Source: Thecamonas trahens ATCC 50062 (taxonomy: Eukaryota > Protista > Apusomonadida). Taken from it: a DNA stretch of 64,000 nt. Made by a program: the position numbers and the translations under genes. Numbering within the stretch: position 1 is the stretch's first letter; every line of letters starts with the position of its first letter. Shown in pieces: positions 54,368 through 64,000 of the stretch. The notes beneath the pieces were generated by a model that saw only the letters and a list, made by a program, of their open reading frames with translations, did not search any database and was not told the origin of the DNA. The stretch is taken from the NCBI RefSeq assembly GCF_000142905.1, contig NW_013657671.1:62001-126000 (forward strand), in the 5' to 3' direction.

Positions 54368-56620
54368 CTACCGCCGGCGGGCGCGAGCTCGCAACTTGCG
54401 CCGGATCTTACGCTCGTCACGGCCAGCGGCACCGCCCATGGCGGCAAAGAGCTCGTCATCATCCATAAAGTTGACTTGGTCGAGTTGAGTGCGGAGCTCT
54501 GCGGCCTGTGCGATGAGGGCGCGGGTGCGTGGATGGGCAAGGCCGTAGCGGGCGTTGAGGATGGCAAACGCGTTCTCAAAGTGCAGCAAGGCGCGGACGG
54601 GATTGGCAAACTCAGCCGCGCCCTCGTCATCAGAGACAAAAAGTCTGCCAAGCATCGAGTGTGTGGCCGCCACCTGCGGAGCCTGATCGCCGTACACCTG
54701 CTTTTCGGTCTTGAGCAGTCGCATCAGCATCCGCAGCGCAAGCTGGTGGTCTGGCACCAGCATCAGCACCGCTGCGTGCTCCTTGAGGCATCGTAGCGTC
54801 TGTCGCGCGCCGTCGCCAAGCGACGCCGCAAACCGTGCATGTGCTTCGCCAAGATACTTGGCCGCCTTGCTCGCTGTTTCAGCTGCAGAGAGCGTCCGCG
54901 ACGCCGCCTGCCGCCGCCGCCGCCGCATCAGCCCCAGCAAATGGTGACTCTGCTCGGGGTCAGAGTCCGAGCCTGGCGCGGATCCAGAGCCCGAGCCCGA
55001 GCCCAAGCCAGGCCCCGGTCTGCGCTCAAAGCCATCAATCACCTCGATCTCGAGCGTGCGGGATGCAGCGAGTCCAGCATAGTGGACACCGAGCTGGTAA
55101 GTGAGCTCGGTCAGCTGCGTGGCGACGAGTTCGTCGACAGCCTCAGCCCGCGCCGACGGGGCGTCGAGGGTGGCCAGGACTTGCGACGCCGACTCGGCGG
55201 CCGCGTGGGCGGCGACGTAGTGGGCGGTGACCACCCACCACGGCGCATCGTCTTCGGCCTTGACATCGCCAAGCTTGGCTTCGACGTCGCCGAGTGACGA
55301 AAGGAGCGAGGCGTTGGTGAGCGTCGCCTCGGGGTCTCTTTCATCAAGCGCGCCCATCTGCTGTCGCAGCAGCGGCTCAGCCCGCTCCAGATACTGCGCG
55401 GCAACTGCGTACCGACCGCGGAGCTCGGCGGTCTCGGCCAGGCGGACAAGGACGTCGTAGCACGCGAAATGGCCAGGCCCGTGTAGCGAGGTGATGGCGG
55501 CTTCGGCAGCCTTCAGCGCACGCTGCGCCCGCGACAGGTGATGCTGACCGAGCAATGCCACTCCAAGCGCAAGCAGCAGGTGCGGATGCATGAACGCTGC
55601 GTGTTCCGGCGGCAGCTCGCGGTTGATGCGCAGAGCATCCTCGGCGTGGCGCTGGGAGGCCTCCCATTGCGCGCCGGCGGCGTGCGCCAGTGCCAGCTCA
55701 TGATAAACATCGCGGACAAAGGCCGAGTGCCGGCCGTATGTCACCCGCCCGAGCGCAGCGGCCTCGACCAGGCCCTGCACGGCAGCGCGAGTGTCGCCGA
55801 CGTCCATCGCCACCCGCGCTGCGTCCATGACGCGGGCGAGCTTTGTCTCGCCACTCACCAGTCCCGCGCCGACCACCGATGAGCGGCGGCGGTCATAGAC
55901 CTGCAGCGCGACGTCGACGTCGTCCGGGAGGTCCTCATTCCGCTGCAATGCGGCCTCGGCCTCTTCGGCGAGAATGTACAGCCGGGTCTTGGGGTCCGGC
56001 GCCACCAAGGAGCGGATAGTCCGCCGCCGCGGCTCACGCCCGCTCTCGCACGGCGACTCGGGCGCAACTGAGAGTCGTCCCAGCTGGCTCTCCTCGCACG
56101 ACTCGTAGCCTCGAGCGCCGTGCATCGCTCCCGCCGAGCTAGCCGCCACACGCGCATGGGCTGGCGCAAGGGCAGGCACCGTCTCCGGATGCGATTCTGA
56201 CGATGACGAGTCCAACAGTGCAATCTCGTCGCCGTCAAGCGGCAGCACGGCCTCCAGCGCGGTGATTGCGTCGACCGAGCCGGCATCACTCAGCACCGAC
56301 AACCTCCGCGCCCGATGTCTGTGCTTGCCGCGGTTGGCGACACTGCCGCTGGTTGAGCCCCTGTCGGTGTCACTGACAACAACAGCAGGTGCCGGCGGCC
56401 GACGGGTTCGAGCAGCACGCGAGCTCTTTTGTGCGTAGACTACCGCAGCCTCGAGCTGGTTGGCCAGCTTGGACTTGCGGCTTTGCGGGCGGCCTCGACC
56501 ACGGCCTCGTCCGCCGCGACGAGCACGTCTTCTGCCGCGGGAGCCCCGGCCACGGCCTTGTCCACCGCGACGGGGACGGCTCCCGCCACGCATTGTGCCG
56601 CCACCTGCGCTGGCAGGCAT
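54368..56620 (-). CDS. TPR-repeat protein, TTC23-like
   Basis: AVQGLVEAAALGRVTYG..YHELA..HAEDAL resembles recalled TTC23. Kinesin-light-chain-type TPR motifs (VYGDQAPQVAATHSMLG, YGLAHPRT). The start codon is inferred. Confidence 0.65.
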   Translation of the reverse strand: MPASAGGGTMRGGSRPRRGGQGRGRGSRGRRRARRGGRGRGRGRPQSRKSKLANQLEAAVVYAQKSSRAARTRRPPAPAVVVSDTDRGSTSGSVANRGKHRHRARRLSVLSDAGSVDAITALEAVLPLDGDEIALLDSSSSESHPETVPALAPAHARVAASSAGAMHGARGYESCEESQLGRLSVAPESPCESGREPRRRTIRSLVAPDPKTRLYILAEEAEAALQRNEDLPDDVDVALQVYDRRRSSVVGAGLVSGETKLARVMDAARVAMDVGDTRAAVQGLVEAAALGRVTYGRHSAFVRDVYHELALAHAAGAQWEASQRHAEDALRINRELPPEHAAFMHPHLLLALGVALLGQHHLSRAQRALKAAEAAITSLHGPGHFACYDVLVRLAETAELRGRYAVAAQYLERAEPLLRQQMGALDERDPEATLTNASLLSSLGDVEAKLGDVKAEDDAPWWVVTAHYVAAHAAAESASQVLATLDAPSARAEAVDELVATQLTELTYQLGVHYAGLAASRTLEIEVIDGFERRPGPGLGSGSGSGSAPGSDSDPEQSHHLLGLMRRRRRQAASRTLSAAETASKAAKYLGEAHARFAASLGDGARQTLRCLKEHAAVLMLVPDHQLALRMLMRLLKTEKQVYGDQAPQVAATHSMLGRLFVSDDEGAAEFANPVRALLHFENAFAILNARYGLAHPRTRALIAQAAELRTQLDQVNFMDDDELFAAMGGAAGRDERKIRRKLRARARRR

Positions 56621-56883
56621 GAGGAGAGGTATGGGTGTGGGGTGCCACTGGCGCTGGATCGGTTGGTGGGCGGTTGGGTGGGGGTGGGGGGGGAGTGCGG
56701 TGGGTGGCAGTGCGGGTGAGGGCAACGGTTTGGGAGGTGCGATTGGGCAGGGGCTTGTACACGATGTGGGGGAGGAGAATGGGAGGGGGAGAAGGAGGGG
56801 GAGAAGGGCGGGGGGGGGGGGGTATGAGGGGGATGAGGGAGGGGGGGAGGAAGGAGTGTGTGAGAGATGGTGCAAGGTTCGCT

Positions 56884-57333
56884 TTAGCGACCACCGAGGT
56901 TGGGGCGGCCAGCCTTGACGGTCTTGGCGGCCTTCTCGGCGCGCTTGGCCTTCTTGGCGGCACGGCGCTCGGCCTTGGTCGGCTTGGCGGAGGCACCCTT
57001 GGCCTTGGCGACGGCCTGCTTCTTGACGGCACGGAGGTCGCGCTGGGCCTGGACCTTCTCGCGGATCTCGGCGAGGGAGGCACCGACAAAGCCACGCTGG
57101 AACTTGACAACACGGCGGGACTTCTTGGCCTTGAAAGACGAGAGGTTGCCCTTCTTGTGCATGCGGCGGAAGACCTGCGTCCACGCCATCTTGCGCGGGT
57201 TGTGGCGCATGTTGTAGTGGGCGCGAGCCTTGCGCGAGCCAAACTTGAACAGCCGGGCGTCGCTGCGGATAAAGGTCATGCCCTTACCCGGGTAGATCTT
57301 GTGACCAGAGAACGCGCACGTCTCAACCTTCAT
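56884..57333 (-). CDS. RPL24: 60S ribosomal protein L24 (eL24); probable 5'UTR intron 57334-57859
   Basis: MKVETCAFSGHKIYPGKG..IRSD..NPRK.AWT..RRMHKKG..KFQR.FVGASL. Confidence 0.95.
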   Translation of the reverse strand: MKVETCAFSGHKIYPGKGMTFIRSDARLFKFGSRKARAHYNMRHNPRKMAWTQVFRRMHKKGNLSSFKAKKSRRVVKFQRGFVGASLAEIREKVQAQRDLRAVKKQAVAKAKGASAKPTKAERRAAKKAKRAEKAAKTVKAGRPNLGGR

Positions 57334-58378
57334 CTGTCCTCCACACCGCGTCGTGTCCGCCTCCTGTGAGTCGCCTGTCTCCCTCTTGCGCTCTTCCCCA
57401 TCCTCACCCTCGCCAAGCCAAGCTGCTGCTGCTGCTGCTGTCGAGCCGGCATCAGACAAAAACTGGCCGAGGCCGACCACGACTGCAAACTGTCTGCCAG
57501 AGACAGACACAGATAGCCACAGCAGCATCCACCAGTTGCAGAGGGACCATGGCGCGGCATGAGCACACGCTGTGGTGGTGATAGGCGTGGGTGGGTGGCA
57601 GCAGCAGCCACAGCGACGGTGTGCAGGGAGTGTGGCCGAGGTGGGTAAAAAGCCAGCCGAGATGGCCTCAGCTGGCTCCCCCCACCCCGACCCAGGCACC
57701 GGGTGACCACAGCAGGCCATGTAGGGCTAGCAATGGGGGATAGGGGATGGACACCTCGGCAAAGTAGCTCTCCTTGGTACCGCTGTACAGCATCAAGGTC
57801 TTGCCCACTTTGCTGGGTGGTATCCCCGTCAGGGAAGGTGGCTCCATGCTCATACGTACTCTGTCGGAATGTGAGAGTGATGCAACACGGTGGAGTGAAA
57901 AACAACGCGAGCTCAACTGGCCGAGCCCATTCGCTCCGCTGCCTCCAATTCGACCAAACGAGCGAACGAGCGAACAAACGGGTTGGCCAGACGGGGTACG
58001 AGCGAAGAGGGGAGGGGTGCATACATGGATGGAGGATGTGCTGGTGATGTAGGAGGGGGGGGGGGGGGGAGGGGAGGGAGTAGAGGAGGTAGAGGGAGGC
58101 ATGTAGTAGCGTTCAGTCATCGAGGATCTCTCATCGGTGGCTGGACTTCCGATCGGCAAGGGCCCAGGGAGGAGGGGGTGGAGGGCATCGGGGGCGACGG
58201 GGCGGGGGAGGGCAAGTGGCGGTATCGGTAGGGAGGGGAAGGGCGGGAGAGGCAGCAGTCCGACTGGATTGGTCCGCCATTTTGGTCAATCGAGTTTGAG
58301 TCGTTTTGGAGGGAATGAGGAATGATGTTGGTTCAATTGAAGGGATATGACGAATGGCGCACACACACTTCTGCAACC

Positions 58379-59261
58379 ATGGTATGTTGACCGCCAGAGA
58401 CAGACGCGGCTGGTAGTGAGGGAGGAGACCACCTATGGTGTGGTTGTTTGCCATGCTGGTGAAGGTTAGGTACAAGTAGCTCCTTGGAGAGTCTTGTGCT
58501 TCTACCGCGTCTTCCGCTTGAGTATGCCCCCGGTGTCCACGCCGTCCGGGAGCTCCATTTTTTGTCGGCCTGCTTTGATGCCGTCACTTTCCCCCGCCTC
58601 GGGCCCCCCTACCACCGGCAACACTCCCGCAGCACTCCCCACACCCTCCAGCTCTTGCCCGCAAGGTATCCATGCTGACCACGGAGAGGTTTTGCAGTGT
58701 CTTTGTTCCTCCTGCTGCTGGTGTGCCGCCCTTGCGGCCTCCCCGCCGTCGGTCGAGCGATTTTGTCTGCGTCACCTCGCGGGACGGGGCACTCGGGCCA
58801 CAACTCCCGGCCCTACAGCAACCCACAAGCAGAAGGCTGCCCGTCACGAGGCAGACGAGGTAGCGAGGGTGGCAGCGGATGCAGGCGTAGCGTTCTTCTT
58901 GGAGTGTGTGGGTTGGGGCAGGAGCAAGGGGGGACGGGAGCAACGACGGTGCGACTCACGGATGGGGATGGCGTCGATGCGGATACAGACCAAGGGTACT
59001 TCGTCGTTTGGTAAGCGCCACACCAAGACGCACGTCCTGTGCCGCCGGTGCGGCCAGCGCGCGTACCACGTGCAGAAGGCCACCTGCGCGTCGTGCGGCT
59101 ACCCGTCGACCAAGATGCGCAAGTACAACTGGTGCACCAAGGCCCACCGCCGCCGCACTACTGGCACTGGCCGCATGAAGTACCTCAAGCACATGCCGCG
59201 CCGCGCCAAGAACGGCTTCCGCGAGGGTACCCAGGCAAAGAAGGTCAAGAAGTCCGCGTAA
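58379..59261 (+). CDS. RPL37: 60S ribosomal protein L37 (eL37); exons 58379-58381 (ATG) and 58989-59261
   Basis: [45 protein letters not shown]. Intron ATG|gtatgt..gactcac..tacag|ACC. Confidence 0.95.
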
Positions 59262-59789
59262 TGAACGCTCTGACGCAAGCCCATGTGTGTATGAGGGGGA
59301 GGGGGTGTAGCCAGTACGACGACAGCCGCAGTGAGCGCAGCAGAGTAGCAGAGCCAGGGCAGATGTAGGGGAGGGAGGTGATGGTGAGGGTCATGCTGGT
59401 GATGGTGAGGGTCGTGTTGGAGGCACACACACCTCTGAGAGGTGCAAAGGTGACGATCGTTTTGATGACAATGACGATGACGATGGTGGTAGTGGGGCGC
59501 CCTTCGGCCACCTCCCCCCCCCCCCCCCCCCTCACCCTCACCACCAACACCCACCCCCCCACCCACCCGGGCAGGAACCAGAATTTCCGACATTTTCGCA
59601 GGGAAAGAATCTGAATCGAAAAACGTCGCCATCATCCTTAAACACAGATCAATTTTCATCGCCATCTGCACTGTCGGTTCTTCNNNNNNNNNNNNNNNNN
59701 NNNNNNNNNNNNNNNNNNNNNNNNNNNNNNNNNNNNNNNNNNNNNNNNNNNNNNNNNNNNNNNNNNNNNNNNNNNNNNNNNNNACCCAC

Positions 59790-59791
<2 letters not shown>

Positions 59792-59847
<56 letters not shown>
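59792..59847 (+). repeat. (CA)n microsatellite immediately before an ATG
   Basis: About 28 CA units. Confidence 0.95.
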
Positions 59848-59848
<1 letters not shown>

Positions 59849-59850
<2 letters not shown>

Positions 59851-61801
59851 GTCCACCCGCCTGCAAGAGGCCATCGAGGCTGCAGGCCGCAGCGGGACGG
59901 GCAGGGGCGCACACCTGGCGGTGCCGAGCCCGCGCGGGCGGCGGGCACCAGGTGGTATCGGAGGCGCGGGCGGGAATGGCGCGGGCATGAGCTCGGGAGG
60001 CGCAGGCGAGGGCGGAGCCGGGAGTGGTGCCATGCTGTCGGCGGAAGAGCGCAAGGCGCTGCTGGCAGCCAAGGAAAAGGCGGTGGCGAGCTACGGCAAG
60101 CTCCGTAAGGTCCGCAGGTTCGGCGAGACGGCCGAAGTGCTGGCCGGCTTTGGTGGACATCGGCCGGGCGCGGCTTACGTCCCGTATTGGGTCCCGCACG
60201 CTGAGGTCCAGCCCGAAATCCTTGTTCAGGAGCCGTTCCAGCCGTTTCTCATCGAGTACCTCAACGCCGCTGCTTCAGAGTTCCATCCAGCGGAGATCAC
60301 CCTCGTCGCTCATCGACACCTCGCCGCCCTCCCTCCGCAGCTGCTCGACGTGGTCACCCTCACCAAGCTCGATCTGACCTCAAACATGCTCACCGCTTTG
60401 CCGGACGGCTTCACCAAGCTGGCCAATCTCAGGTCGGTTGTCCTGCAGGACAACGCGCTGACGACGCTCGTCCCACTCGGCGGTTGCCTCAATCTCACGG
60501 CGCTCGACGCATCGGCCAACGAGCTCAAGGCCATCGACTCGAGCATAGCTTCGCTCATCCGGCTCACCGACCTCCGTCTCTCCGGCAACTCGTTGTACGA
60601 GCTGCCGGCCGAGCTGGGCAACTTGACCTCGCTGCGCCATCTCGACGTCTCGCGCAACCAGCTGGTCACGCTCTCGGGAGCCATCGAGCGGCTTCTCTCG
60701 CTCCACACCCTCATTGCCTCGCGCAACATGATCCAGGCACTTCCCCCAGCGCTCGGCTCGTGCGCCTCGCTCGTCGTCCTCAACGTCGCCCACAACCACA
60801 TTCGCGAGATCTCACCCGAGATCGGGTCGCTTGCAGAGCTCGACGTCCTCCGCCTCGACCACAACCTCCTGATCCATCTCCCAGACGCGCTTGGTAGGCT
60901 CTCGAGCCTCCGCAAGCTTTTCCTCCACGTCAACCGCCTCGAGTCGCTGCCAGACTCGCTCTGCCTCCTCGAGATGCTCTGGCTCCTCCGCGTCGACCAC
61001 AACCAGCTCGCCGACCTCCCGTTTCACATGGGCCGCCTCCGCCGCTTGGAGCAGCTGTTCCTCAACAACAACCTCATCCGCTCGCTGCCAGACCTCGGCG
61101 ACCTTCCGCGGCTTCACACCGTCTGGATCCACAACAACTACATCACATCGGTAACCGGCAAGGTTGATGGTCTCGTCAACGCTGCCTACCTCTACATTCA
61201 TGACAACCGCCTCACCTTTCTCACCCGCGGCATCGGCAGCCTCTCGCTGCTGCGCGCCCTCTACGTCTTTGACAATGACCTCTACGAGCTGCCTGAAGAG
61301 CTTGGCCAGCTGGCCCTGCTCGAGGAGCTCGACGTCTCGCGCAACAAGCTCCGCACCCTGCCCGATGCCCTCGGCGAGCTCTCGCAGCTCAAGGTTCTCA
61401 ACGCCTCAGGCAACTCGATCACCGAGCTCTCTCCGCCGCTGCTGGCCCTGCCGGCCCTCACCCAGCTCAACCTCCATGACAACTCCATCAAGAACTTGCC
61501 CATCAAGGCACTCTCCGGCGCCCTGCCCTCGCTTGTTTCGCTCAACCTCTCGCACAACCACCTCTCGGGCGCAGACATGCGCGCCGTCCGCTCCGTCTTC
61601 CATGCCCTCCCCTACCTCTTCCTCGACGCCAACCTCGAGAAGCGGGTCATCTCCATGTTCCGCTCGCCCTCGCACAAAGACTCGCTCGACAAGTACGACG
61701 AGGAGCTCCGGCGTCGCGGCGTCCGCATCCGCGCCGAGCGCGCCGCAAAGTATTCCGCCAAAGTCTCCCGACTCCGCGAGCTGGTCCTCGGCAAGCGATA
61801 G
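59849..61801 (+). CDS. Leucine-rich repeat protein (SHOC2/PIRL-like array)
   Basis: About 18 LxxLxLxxNxLxxLPxxLG repeats. Confidence 0.88.
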
Positions 61802-61902
61802 AGGCCTATCTATGCTCGGCAGCCGGCGCCAGCAGCCACTGCCCGACAACGGCAGCGTGCAGCCCATACACCAATGAAACCGATGCCCAGCCTGTTGGTC
61901 GT

Positions 61903-64000
61903 TTATCCGTGCTGCGACTTGCGCTTGCGCTTGCTTTTGCTCTTGCTCTTGCTCTTGCTTTTGCCCCGCTTCCCCTTGCCACCGCCGTCGGCGCCGCGCG
62001 TTCGCCGCAGTGCCCGCAGGAACGCGTTGCTCAACAGCTCGTCGTCGTCCGAGTCTGAGCCGTTGTCGGACACATGATTGACGTCCTTGCCATCTTCGAG
62101 ATCGTCGTCGAGCAGCCGCATGAGCGACGAGACGTCGACGTCGTCAGATGACGACGACACGACACCCGCGTCGACGTCGTCGGCCTCGGCATCGTCGTCA
62201 AAGTCCTGCTCAAAGTCTTGTTCGTCCTCGACAGCCTGCTTGAAGATGTTGATGCCGTCGTACCACTGGACAATAGCACGGGTCTTGGACTTGATCCGCG
62301 CCTGGACAGCCGCCGACGAAGAGAGTCGCATGATGTCGACGAGCGAGGCACGGAGCCGGAGCCAGGCCTGCTTGACCCGCGACCGGCCCGAGGTTCGGTC
62401 GACCTGGTCGGTGAGAAAGGCCTCGCGGAACTCCTTTTCCAGCACCAGGATGGTGAGCTTGCGGAGTGCCGACGGATTGATCCAGTTGAGGAACTGGACA
62501 AAGTCCTCGCGGTCGAGGTCGCGCGAGCCATTCGGCCCGTTCTTGGTGTACCCCGCCCGCCGCTCCGCAGGCGTGAGCTTGGGCAGAAAATGGTTGTAGT
62601 GCGGGTGAAGGCGCCACTTGAACCGCTTGATGCGGATCTTGCCGCGAGCCGCGAGCACAACTGCGCCGTCGTTGAGCGAGGTGTCGGTGTAGTTGGGCGC
62701 CGAGAAGACCGTTGTCACTGCCGGAAAGTCAAAGTCGGGCCCAGCCGCCGAGGCCTCGAACCCGTGTTTCTTCTGCTGGTGGGCGCGGACAATGCCGGTC
62801 ACCGAGTTGATGCGCAGAAAGGCGTCGACAGCCGGCTTGCCAAAGTCGTGCACGTTCTTGCCGCGCGACGACGAGTGGAAGTACGACTGCCGATACCCGC
62901 CTGGCGCCTTGCGCCGCGCCGACGAAAGCGCGGTGAGGTCCCACGACTCGGCCTGGTCGTCGTCCGACGCCGCAAGGTCGCGGTACGGGTCGGCCCAGAG
63001 CGTGTCCTTGAGCGGCCCGCTTTTAGGCGGCTCGCGGAACCGCGAGATGCCTTCGATGTGCCGGAGCTTGACCACCTGCGGGGAGATGCCGCCATGGACT
63101 GCCAGCAGCGAGTGTCCGCCAGTCCTCACCAGCGCTGCCAGCGGCAGCGCGTCAAACGTCTTCATCAGCTCGTGGTAGAGCTTCTTCTGGTACTTGCTCG
63201 TGATTTCCGCCATCGATCCGTACTTGCGTGTCGTCTTGCGCGACTCGTGGTTACCGCGGAGGAGCCAGACCCGCGATGGGTACCGGACCTTGGCCGCCAG
63301 CAGCAGAAGCGCCACCTCGGCCGAAAAGTACCCGCGGTCAACATAGTCGCCGAGGTATAGGTGCTGCCGCTTTGAAGTGCCAGGAAAGCCCGAGATCTTG
63401 AACATCTCCTGCAGGTCAAAGTACTGCCCGTGGATGTCGCCCATGATGGCCACCGGCTCTTTGAGCACCAGCAAGTTTGGCTCCGACTTGAGAATCGCCC
63501 GTGCCTGCCGCACAATCGTCAGCGCGTCGGCCTTGCGGAGCTTGCCCTCCCGCAGAAAGTGGGTGTAGATGTTGCGGAGCCGCGGCCGCCCGTCGGCGTC
63601 AAATGCTTTGCCGTGCATCAGCCGGTTGTGGTCGTGGAGGAAGAGGACAAAAACCGGGCGGCTGCCGTCGATTCCGATGCTACTGAGACGCTTCGACGAG
63701 CGCGGAACGTGGAAGCCGTCGTAGTAGAAGCGGAGGAGCGAGCCTGATGGGTGCTTGGCCATCTCGGCCACCGCCGTGCTGAACGCCTTCATCGTTGCGT
63801 TCGCCTTGACCGTCACCTCGTAGTACTCGTCGAGATAAAACGCGTCGACCGTGACGCGGATGCACCCGTCAGGCACCGACGACCGGCTGCTGTACGAGTA
63901 GCTGCTGCCCGCGGATCTGCTGCTCGACCCGCCCGACGAGTCCGTGCAAGTCTCGGACTCGGACTCGCTCGAGTCCGAGTCCGAGTCCGAGTCCGAATCC
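61903..64000 (-). CDS. Divergent calcineurin A (PP2B)-like phosphatase with an N-terminal SUMO-like domain; 5'-partial
   Basis: PPP motifs GDIHGQYFDL, GDYVDRGYFS, LRGNHE, HGG, LWADP, RAHQ, TVFSAPNY. PP2B-type HFLREGKL and HP.Y. The frame continues to the window end through SDSDS repeats. Confidence 0.85.
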   Translation of the reverse strand, partial: DSDSDSDSDSSESESETCTDSSGGSSSRSAGSSYSYSSRSSVPDGCIRVTVDAFYLDEYYEVTVKANATMKAFSTAVAEMAKHPSGSLLRFYYDGFHVPRSSKRLSSIGIDGSRPVFVLFLHDHNRLMHGKAFDADGRPRLRNIYTHFLREGKLRKADALTIVRQARAILKSEPNLLVLKEPVAIMGDIHGQYFDLQEMFKISGFPGTSKRQHLYLGDYVDRGYFSAEVALLLLAAKVRYPSRVWLLRGNHESRKTTRKYGSMAEITSKYQKKLYHELMKTFDALPLAALVRTGGHSLLAVHGGISPQVVKLRHIEGISRFREPPKSGPLKDTLWADPYRDLAASDDDQAESWDLTALSSARRKAPGGYRQSYFHSSSRGKNVHDFGKPAVDAFLRINSVTGIVRAHQQKKHGFEASAAGPDFDFPAVTTVFSAPNYTDTSLNDGAVVLAARGKIRIKRFKWRLHPHYNHFLPKLTPAERRAGYTKNGPNGSRDLDREDFVQFLNWINPSALRKLTILVLEKEFREAFLTDQVDRTSGRSRVKQAWLRLRASLVDIMRLSSSAAVQARIKSKTRAIVQWYDGINIFKQAVEDEQDFEQDFDDDAEADDVDAGVVSSSSDDVDVSSLMRLLDDDLEDGKDVNHVSDNGSDSDDDELLSNAFLRALRRTRGADGGGKGKRGKSKSKSKSKSKRKRKSQHG

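Noticed and set aside
58480-58810. Sm-like ATTTTTTG and hairpin-ACA motifs in the RPL37 intron
   Set aside because: No match to U snRNA cores as I recall them, and no correctly placed H box; not enough support to call an ncRNA.

Overview
GC-rich, gene-dense eukaryotic nuclear scaffold from a flagellated unicellular eukaryote. It has few introns and 6 N-gaps, nearly all abutting long G/C homopolymer runs. An apusomonad such as Thecamonas would fit, but I cannot verify this. I find about 29 protein-coding genes and no rRNA, tRNA, CRISPR or transposon. Recognisable genes: DEX1-like FG-GAP protein, LRR-TKL kinase, NoxR/p67phox-like, SANBR/KIAA1841-like, RBR E3 ligase, VPS24/CHMP3, RasGEF, DNAJB12/14, EFHB, insulysin, UROS, SPAG7, DNAAF9/Shulin, POP4, CDC50, SLU7, TTC23-like, RPL24, RPL37, an LRR protein and a divergent calcineurin A. 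Most notable: (1) an apparent ~1,520-aa protein of eight tandem TerD domains; (2) a vWA/EGF receptor with an integrin-beta-like NPxY tail; (3) a PDZ-less syntrophin-like PH protein; (4) an F-box/WD40 protein fused to a polytopic membrane domain; (5) a SUMO-like domain fused to calcineurin A; (6) five frame breaks in otherwise intact genes, most likely assembly errors; (7) introns with purine-rich 3' ends and genes with C/CA-rich leaders. Family calls come from motif recognition and recalled sequences, not database searches.
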